A stretch of DNA of 64,000 bases from an uncultured Gemmatimonadales bacterium. Lineage in GTDB: Bacteria; Gemmatimonadota; Gemmatimonadetes; Longimicrobiales; Longimicrobiaceae. Positions 60,501 to 64,000 of the stretch are shown piece by piece. The position numbers and the translations under genes are program-made. The notes under the pieces are model-generated. The model did no database searches, was not told where the DNA came from, and worked only from the letters and a program-made list of their open reading frames with translations. Location: assembly GCA_963716255.1 (NCBI GenBank), contig OY970303.1, positions 6,784,001 through 6,848,000 on the forward strand, written 5' to 3'. Numbering within the stretch: position 1 is the stretch's first letter; the number at the start of each line of letters is the position of its first letter.

Positions 60501-63500
60501 GACGTGGATCCGCCCGGAGGAGGCGACCGACCCGGAGTACTGGGGGCGGCACCTGTGCGGGACGGTGCGGTTCGCGGAGGGGATGGCCGAGCTGCTGCGC
60601 GAGGGGAGCCCGGTGCTGCTGGAGGTGGGGCCGGGGCGCACGCTGGGGACGTTCGCGCTGCACGGCGGCGCGGCGGAGGCGACGGTGCACGCGTCGCTGC
60701 GGCACGCGTACACGCGGCAGCCCGACCAGGCGTACCTGCTGGAAACGTTGGGGCGGCTGTGGATGGCGGGGGTGCCGGTGGACTGGGACGGCTTCGTGGC
60801 CGGGGAGCGGCGCCGCCGGACGCTGCTGCCCACGTACCCGTTCGAGCGGCAGGCGTACTGGGTGGATCGGCGCCGCCGCCGCCGAGCGCGCCGGAAGGGC
60901 GGGGAAGCCCCGGGCCGGCCGAGGCCCGGGAGCCCCGGCGCGGACGGGGGCACGTCCCCGTCCCCCGCGGGCGTCGGCGTCGGCAGGCTCGCGGCGCTGC
61001 GCCCGCGCCCCGAGACCGGCACCCGCTACGTCGCCCCCGCCGGCGCGGTCGAAGAGCGCATGGCGGCCCTGTGGCGGGACCTGCTCGGCTTCGAGCGCAT
61101 CGGCGCGCACGACGACTTCTTCTCGCTCGGCGGCCACTCGCTCATGGCCACGCACCTGGCCGCGCGCATCCAGGCCGAGTTCCACGCGGACCTGTCCCTG
61201 GACGCGGTGTTCGAGGCTCCCACCGTCGCGGGGATGGCGGCCCGGGTGGAGGAGCTTCGCGCCGGGGAGGAGCCCCGGGCCGCTCCCATCCGTCCGGCGC
61301 CGCGGACGGGCCCGCTCCCCCTTTCCTTCGCGCAGCAGCGGCTGTGGCTGGTGGACCGGCTGGAGCCCGGCACCCCCGTCTACAACATGCCCTTCGCGCT
61401 GCGCCTGCGCGGGGCGCTGGACGTGCGGGTGCTGCGCGCGAGCATCGGCGAGCTGGTGCGGCGGCACGAGGCGCTGCGCACGGTCTTCCGGGAAGCCGCC
61501 GGAGCCGGCGGCGAGCCCGTGCAGGTGATCCGCGCGCCCGCGCCGGTGCCGCTCGCGGCCGTGGACCTGCGCGGCGTGGCGGGCGCGGAGCGGGAGGCGC
61601 GGCGACTGGCGGGCGCCGAGGCGCTGCGGCCCTTCGACCTGGCGCGCGGACCGCTGCTGCGGTGCACGCTCCTGCGGCTGGGCGACGCCGACCACGTGCT
61701 GTGCTTCACGCTGCACCACATCGTCGGCGACGGGTGGAGCACGCAGGTGCTGGTGCGCGAGGTCTCGGCGCTCTACACCGCCTTCAGCCGCGGGGCGTCG
61801 TCGCCGCTGCCGGAGCTGCCGGTGCAGTACGCCGACTACGCCGTGTGGCAGCGGGAGCGCCTCGGCGGCGGGGTCCTGGAAGAGCAGGTCGGCTACTGGA
61901 GGGAAGCCCTGCGCGGCGCCCCTCCGCTGCTGGAGCTGCCGACCGACCGGCCGCGCGACGCGGAGCAGGACGCGCGCGGCGGCAACCGGCGCTTCGCGCT
62001 TTCCCCGGCGACCTCGCGCGGGCTGCGGGCGCTGTCCCGGCGGGAGCGGGCCACCCTCTTCATGACCGTCCTCGCCGGCTGGCAGGCGCTGCTGGGGCGC
62101 TGGGCCGGCACGGACGACGTGGTGGTGGGAACCCCCATCGCGGGACGCACCCGGCACGAGGTGGAGGGGCTGATCGGCTTCTTCGTCAACACGCTGGCGC
62201 TGCGCGCCGACCTGGGCGGCGACCCCACCTGGGCCGGGCTGCTGGGGCGGGTGCGGGAGACGGCGCTGGGCGCGTACGCGCACCAGGAGGTGCCCTTCGA
62301 GCGCCTGGTGGAGGAGCTGGTCGTGGAGCGCAGCCTGACCCACACGCCGCTCTTCCAGGTCGCTTTCGCGCTGCACGAGGACGCGGGGCGCGGCGATCCG
62401 CTGCCGCTGGGGGAGCTGGAGCTGGCACCGTTCGGGGGCGACGGGACGGTCGCCATGTTCGACCTGGAGCTGACGGTCACGGACGGCGGGGACGCGCTGG
62501 AGGGATCGCTCGGCTACCGGGCGGCGCTCTTCGACGCCGACACGGCCGCGCGCATGGCCGGGCACCTGGAGGTGCTCCTGGATGCCATGGCGGCACGGCC
62601 GGAGCTGCGGCTCGGCGAAGTGCCGATGCTGCGGGAAGCCGAGCGCGTCCAGGTGCTGGAAACGTGGAACGCCACCGGAGCGCCGTACGCGGCCGGGGGC
62701 GGCCTCGCGGCCCTCTTCGGCGCGCAGGCGGCGCGCACGCCCGACGCCCCCGCCCTGGTCTTCGGCGAGCGGTCGCTGACCTATGCGGAGCTGGAGCGGG
62801 AATCCGGCCGGCTGGCGCAGCGGCTGCGCGCCCTCGGCGCCGGGCCGGACGCGCGGGTGGGATTGTGCGTGGAGCGCTCGCTGGAGATGGCCGTGGGCGT
62901 GCTGGCCACCCTCCGGGCCGGCGCGGCCTACGTCCCGCTGGACCCGGCGTATCCCGCCGAGCGGCTGGCTTACATGCTGGCGGACTCCGCCTGCGCCGTC
63001 CTGCTGACGCAGGAGAGGCTGCGGGACACGCTCCCGGCGTTCGGCGGCGAGATCGTCACGCTCGACACCCCTCACCCCCCGGCCCCCTCTCCCACAAGGG
63101 GAGAGGGGGAGCACGACTCGCCGTCTCCCGAGAGCCTGGCGTACGTCATCTACACCTCGGGCTCCACGGGGCGGCCCAAGGGCGTGGCCATGACGCAGCG
63201 GCCCCTGCTCAACCTGCTCGCCTGGCAGCTCCGCGAGTGGAGCGGCCGTCCGGCCGCACGCACGCTCCAGTATGCCTCCGTCAGCTTCGACGTGTCCTTC
63301 CAGGAGATGTTTTCCACCTGGGCCACCGGCGGCGCGCTGGTGGTGGTCCCCGAGGAAACGCGCGGCGACATGGCGGCGCTGGCCCGGCTGGTGGAGCGGG
63401 AGCGGATCGAGCGCGTCTTCCTGCCGTTCGTCGCGCTCCAGCACCTGGCCGAAGCCGCGCTGGAGCAGGGGATCCGCCCGGCCGGGCTGCGCGAGCTGGT

Positions 63501-64000
63501 GACGGCGGGCGAGCAGCTTCGCGTCACCGGGCCCATCCGCGGCTGGCTGGCGGCGTTGCCCGGGTGCGAGCTGGTCAACCAGTACGGCCCTTCGGAGACG
63601 CACGTCGTCTCGTCGCTGAAGCTGGCGGGCGAGCCGGCGGGGTGGCCGGCGCTCCCCGGCATCGGCGCGCCCATCTCCAACACGCGGCTGTACGTGCTGG
63701 ACCCGTCGCTCCAGCCCCTGCCCCCCGGGGTCCCGGGCGAGCTCTACGTGGGCGGCGACAGCCTGGCGCGCGGCTACCTGGGCCGCCCCGGCATGACGGC
63801 GGACCGGTTCGTCCCGGACCCGTTCGGCGCGGGGTCGGGCGGGCGGCTGTACCGGACCGGAGACCGGGCGCGCTGGCTGGCGGGCGGCGGGGTGGAGTTC
63901 CTGGGCCGCGTGGACCAGCAGGTCAAGGTGCGCGGCTTCCGGATCGAGCCCGGGGAGGTGGAAGCCGCGCTGGAGTCCCACCCCGCGGTGCGCCAGGCGC
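48535..64000 (+). CDS. NRPS5, hybrid NRPS-PKS, 3'-truncated: C-A-T-C-A-T-C-A(Gly)-T-KS-AT-ACP-C-A(Pro-like)
   Basis: ATG 48535 ([33 protein letters not shown]...[10 protein letters not shown]). The frame was spot-checked by hand through to [13 protein letters not shown] at the window edge. It is absent from the ORF track because there is no stop. Hand-read codes: DALLGGMITK, DALVSGMIFK, DILQLGLIWK (Gly), DVQFVAQVV- (Pro-like). Confidence 0.94.
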   Translation, partial: MSDQPTAGSADALGHLSSATRQALLQSILRERSVPVLEKIPRRPTPGPAPLSFAQQRLWLVDRLEPGSPAYNMPYALRLRGVLDPAALRASLDALVRRHEALRTTFAEQGDGPVQVVHPPAPVALAELDLRRLPDAGREAARLVEEESLRPFDLERGPLLRSTLLRLGEADHVLLFTLHHVVSDGWSRGVLVREVSALYGAFSRGEEPRLPELPVQYADFAVWQRGWLSGARLEGHVGYWKEKLGGAPPLLEIPTDHPRAPGRSQLAGSHRFALPAAVAQGLRELSEREGTTLFMTLLAGWQALLGRHAGQEDVVVGSAIAGRTRRETEGLIGFFVNLLALRVDLAGDPTLSEVLRRVRETALGAYAHQDLPFERLVEELGVERSLTHPPVFQATFALQTAGGTGERPVLGEMEVEPFGADEVAAKFDLDLVVIDSGERMDGVLVYREALFEAATAARLAGHLETVLEAMAADPGRRLSELSLLRGAERARVLEAWNATSTELPRALVHELVAEQARRAPGAAAVVARGGSLNYAELQRRADRLARSLRALGVGPETCVGLCVGRSPGMVVGVLGILGAGGVYVPLDPAYPAERLAWMAADSGAAVLVVESTAPDVLPAFAGPRLVLDAEGEGDSGEGEAPPVTGLSPDNAAYVIYTSGSTGRPKGVVVTHAGAANLLSATVRTLGATPRSSLLQTLSPAFDASLLEIFVALLAGAALHLVERETVLSPERLGALLREREVDVLLSSPALLDSLPEAEYPALRAIGVGGERLPGDTAARWSRGRRLVNMYGPTETTITATEHLCEPGAGEAPPIGRPVANARVYVLDAWGEAAPVGVPGELWVGGAGVSRGYLGRPGLTAETFVPDPFGAAGGRLYRTGDRVRWLARGELEFLGRIDAQVKVRGFRIEPGEVEAALLGAPGVGEAAVVVREDVPGRRRLVGYVVPADGAGLESAGVRAHLAARLPEHMVPAAFVVLDALPRTPNGKTDRRALPAPEGGSGAGVEHVAPATAVEEVLAGIWAAVLGIDRVGVRDDFFELGGHSLLATQVVSRVRQALGVEVPLRAVFEAPTVAELAPRVEALRADGGPAADPIVRVPREEAPPLSFAQQRLWVVDRIEPGSPAYNMPSALRLRGALDAAALRASIGELARRHEALRTTLQERGGAPVQVVHPHAPAALPVVDLARLPAGARAPEAERLADAEALRPFDLARGPLLRSALLRLDEDDHVLLFTLHHVAGDGWSMQVLVREVSALYGAFSRGDSSPLPELPVQYADFAVWQRGWLSGPVLEAHLSYWKTRLADAPPLLEIPTDHPRGAGRGARAGTHAFALPAGLSRGLRERARQEGATLFMTLLAGWQALLARYSGQDDVVVGSPIAGRTRAETEGLIGFFANMLPLRADLSGDPTWRELLGRVRETALGAYAHQELSFERLVEELAVERSLTHTPVFQATFALNRPGEEEAPSLGGLALEPFGGGARVAKFDLGLVAEDGEAALAATLDYRVALFEAATIARMAGHLEAVLEALAGEPERRLSELSLLGGAERARVLEAWNATEADLPRACVHELFAEQARRTPDAAAVVHEGRTLTYGELERSANRLAHSLRRLGVGPEACVGLCARRSPGMVAGLLGILAAGGVYVPLDPAYPAERLEFMAADSGAAVLLVDSAAPDVLPAFAGARLVLDDFGREADSAEDGAPPASGVSPENAAYVIYTSGSTGRPKGVVVTHAGAANLLPRAGRSFGAAPGGRVLQTASLSFDASVLEIFVALLSGAALHVADREAVLAPERLAALLREREIDVWVSTPALLDTLPDTDFPLLRTISAGGERCSGETAARWSQGRRLVNMYGPTEITIFATMHECAPGAAEAPPIGRPVPNARVYVLDAWGEPAPPGMPGELYVGGAGVARGYLGRPELTAEKFVPDPFGGGGARLYRTGDRARWNGRGELEFLGRIDAQVKLRGFRIEPGEVEAALLEAPEVREAVVVVREDAPGRARLVAYVVAADGAEPAAGELRARISARLPEHMVPGAFVVLEQLPLTVAGKIDRRGLPAPEPVAGAEHAAPRTATEEVLAGIWAEVLGVERVGVEAGFFELGGHSLLAAQVVSRARQAFGVEVPLRTLFEAPTVAALAGRVDALRSEGGAAAPPVAPVPRAGPLPLSFAQQRLWVVDRIEPGSAAYNMPFALRLRGALDAAALRASIGELARRHEVLRTVFEERGGAPAQVVRPAAAGALPALDLGALPEARREAEAKRLAGAEALRPFDLARGPLLRSTLLRLGADDHVLLFTLHHVAGDGWSMQVLVREVSALYGAFSRGEASPLPELPVQYADFAVWQRGWLAGETLQAQVAFWKDELAGAPPLLEVPTDHPRRVGQSARAGSHAFTLAPGAARELRALARREGATLFMTVLAGWQALLGRWAAQDDVVVGTPVAGRTRRELEGLIGFFVNMLVLRADLGGDPTWRELLGRVRETALGAYSHQELPFERLVEELAVERSLTHTPLFQAAFALSHADPAGELSPLGAVEMEAFRGGEGVAKFDLDLSVSDDGTALHGTLTYRAALFEPATIARMMGHFEALLEAMAAGPARRLSELSLLRGAERVQVLEAWNATAAGFPRERCVHELFAEQAARTPGAVAIAAGGDVLTYAELERRSGRVARRLSGLGVGPEDRVGLCVERGAEMVVALLGILRAGGAYLPLDPTHPPDRLAYMLDDSGASVLLTQEGLAGLFQGFAGEIVALDGTPLPPAPSPARGEGEHDVAVDPQNAAYVIYTSGSTGRPKGVAVPHRAVVNFLESMRAAPGLAAGDTLLAVTTLAFDIAGLELLLPLTTGARVAVASRETAADGARLGEMIAASGATVVQATPATWRMLLEAGWVGRPGLKVLCGGEALPRELADRLAARCGELWNLYGPTETTIWSTAVRVEPGEGAVPIGRPIANTRVYLLDRALEPVPAGLAGELYVGGEGVARGYLGRAGLTAAAFVPDAFGGEPGARMYRTGDRARWRPDGTLEYLGRTDYQVKLRGFRIELGEVEAALRAQDAVAQAVAVVLERAPGDQLLVGYVVADGGPAPTPAELRAGLRERLPEHMVPGAFVVLDRLPLTANGKLDRRALPAPERAGGGREGGAPATPTERAVAAIWEEVLGVSDVGVGDNVFDLGGHSLLLVQVHSRLQARFGGRVELIELFEHRTLGALAAHLDRRGAARAARGPAPAARAAARRRAPGRPQGGSDVAVIGMAGRFPGAADLDEFWRNLRAGVRSVRRFSDEELRASGVPRRDRESPGYVPAGGDLEGVEMFDPAFFDVTPREALVMNPQKRVFLECAWEALERAGYHSGRIGVFASEANNQYLFNVLSEPGLVAAVGAPQVMNSNTVAVSTLASFKLDLEGPSLNVQTACSSSLVAVHLACRSLLDGESDVALAGGVRVGVPRHEGYHYVPGGIASPTGECNPFDADARGTVGGSGVGLVVLKRLDDALADGDRVLAVIRGSAMNNDGARKVGFTAPRREGQAAAISEALEAAGVEPASVSYVEAHGSGTEMGDPIEVAALTTVFGEGRPGTVALGAVKSSVGHLDAAAGIVGLIKTILALENGEIPPAPYFRAPNPRIPFDRSPFFVDPELRPWPRGAGPRRAGVSSFGIGGTNVHVVLEEAPPQEPSGPSRPWQLLVLSARTPAALEAATDRLAAHLREHPEQPFADAAHTLRAGRRRFERRRVLVCRGRGDAVAALESRDARRVLEATQERDERPVAFLFPGVGDHYAQMARGLYEAEPVFRAEVDRCARVLLDHTGDDVRDTLFPGDPAPEQAAGGDGVAGASVDLRGMLGRGAAAADPLGRTERAHPAVFVVEYALARTWMSWGVLPEAMIGHSLGEYVAATVAGVFSLEDALALMAERARLISELPAGAMLAVPLDPAAARARLRGALALAAHNAPGLCTVSGPPEEVAALEAELLGEGVACRRLAAGHAFHSAAMEPVAGRLAERLRAMRLRAPEVPFVSNVTGTWIRPEEATDPEYWGRHLCGTVRFAEGMAELLREGSPVLLEVGPGRTLGTFALHGGAAEATVHASLRHAYTRQPDQAYLLETLGRLWMAGVPVDWDGFVAGERRRRTLLPTYPFERQAYWVDRRRRRRARRKGGEAPGRPRPGSPGADGGTSPSPAGVGVGRLAALRPRPETGTRYVAPAGAVEERMAALWRDLLGFERIGAHDDFFSLGGHSLMATHLAARIQAEFHADLSLDAVFEAPTVAGMAARVEELRAGEEPRAAPIRPAPRTGPLPLSFAQQRLWLVDRLEPGTPVYNMPFALRLRGALDVRVLRASIGELVRRHEALRTVFREAAGAGGEPVQVIRAPAPVPLAAVDLRGVAGAEREARRLAGAEALRPFDLARGPLLRCTLLRLGDADHVLCFTLHHIVGDGWSTQVLVREVSALYTAFSRGASSPLPELPVQYADYAVWQRERLGGGVLEEQVGYWREALRGAPPLLELPTDRPRDAEQDARGGNRRFALSPATSRGLRALSRRERATLFMTVLAGWQALLGRWAGTDDVVVGTPIAGRTRHEVEGLIGFFVNTLALRADLGGDPTWAGLLGRVRETALGAYAHQEVPFERLVEELVVERSLTHTPLFQVAFALHEDAGRGDPLPLGELELAPFGGDGTVAMFDLELTVTDGGDALEGSLGYRAALFDADTAARMAGHLEVLLDAMAARPELRLGEVPMLREAERVQVLETWNATGAPYAAGGGLAALFGAQAARTPDAPALVFGERSLTYAELERESGRLAQRLRALGAGPDARVGLCVERSLEMAVGVLATLRAGAAYVPLDPAYPAERLAYMLADSACAVLLTQERLRDTLPAFGGEIVTLDTPHPPAPSPTRGEGEHDSPSPESLAYVIYTSGSTGRPKGVAMTQRPLLNLLAWQLREWSGRPAARTLQYASVSFDVSFQEMFSTWATGGALVVVPEETRGDMAALARLVERERIERVFLPFVALQHLAEAALEQGIRPAGLRELVTAGEQLRVTGPIRGWLAALPGCELVNQYGPSETHVVSSLKLAGEPAGWPALPGIGAPISNTRLYVLDPSLQPLPPGVPGELYVGGDSLARGYLGRPGMTADRFVPDPFGAGSGGRLYRTGDRARWLAGGGVEFLGRVDQQVKVRGFRIEPGEVEAALESHPAVRQA
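56743..56793 (+). repeat. In-frame REP-like palindrome in NRPS5 A3 (encodes [17 protein letters not shown])
   Basis: CCCTCCCCC-GCAAG-GGGGGAGGG hairpin preceded by CCCCCTCCCCCCGG. A homologous copy lies at 63067-63117. Confidence 0.75.
58200..61260 (+). other. Minimal cis-AT PKS module KS-AT-ACP (malonyl-CoA type, no KR/DH/ER)
   Basis: [26 protein letters not shown] (Cys codon 58696), EAHGSGT and KSSVGHL. AT: FLFPG, GHSLG, HAFHS and LPTYPFER. Carrier FFSLGGHSL (Ser codon 61138). Confidence 0.93.
63067..63117 (+). repeat. In-frame REP-like palindrome in NRPS5 A4 (encodes [17 protein letters not shown])
   Basis: Perfect 11 bp stem CCCCCTCTCCC-ACAAG-GGGAGAGGGGG (63083-63109). Codons CCT, TCT, ACA and GGA are atypical for this gene. 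Confidence 0.8.

Noticed and set aside
48535..64000. Possible pseudogene, because no plus-strand ORF is listed
   Set aside because: The frame is consistent at every point checked. The ORF caller omitted it only because it runs off the window.

Overview
This very GC-rich window consists almost entirely of five co-directional (+ strand) giant NRPS or NRPS-PKS genes, which appear to form two assembly lines back to back. Line A ends here. NRPS1 (<2-8212, 5'-truncated, A-T-C-A-T-C-A-T) is translationally coupled to NRPS2 (8209-25077, five C-A-T modules plus a thioesterase). A ~710 bp intergenic region follows, holding a highly structured palindromic element and an AT-rich promoter-like island. Line B starts here. 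NRPS3 (25789-41829) is FAAL-ACP plus four modules, one with an embedded N-methyltransferase. NRPS4 (41870-48481) has two modules. NRPS5 (48535->64000, missing from the ORF track because it has no stop in the window) has three modules, a minimal KS-AT-ACP PKS module, then C-A. That gives 18 amino-acid A domains, 1 FAAL and 1 PKS module, with no epimerization domains and no tailoring, transport or regulatory genes visible. Line B predicts an N-acylated, N-methylated lipopeptide carrying an unreduced Gly-derived beta-keto unit. Many hand-read specificity codes match nothing I recognise. Other notable signals are in-frame REP-like hairpin insertions in two A domains, a relic N-terminal docking sequence inside NRPS2, and a colinear ~3 kb module duplication. 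Style and repeats suggest Gemmatimonadota (Longimicrobium-like), but this is inference only. Domain boundaries are approximate and substrate calls come from manual alignment to GrsA pocket positions.
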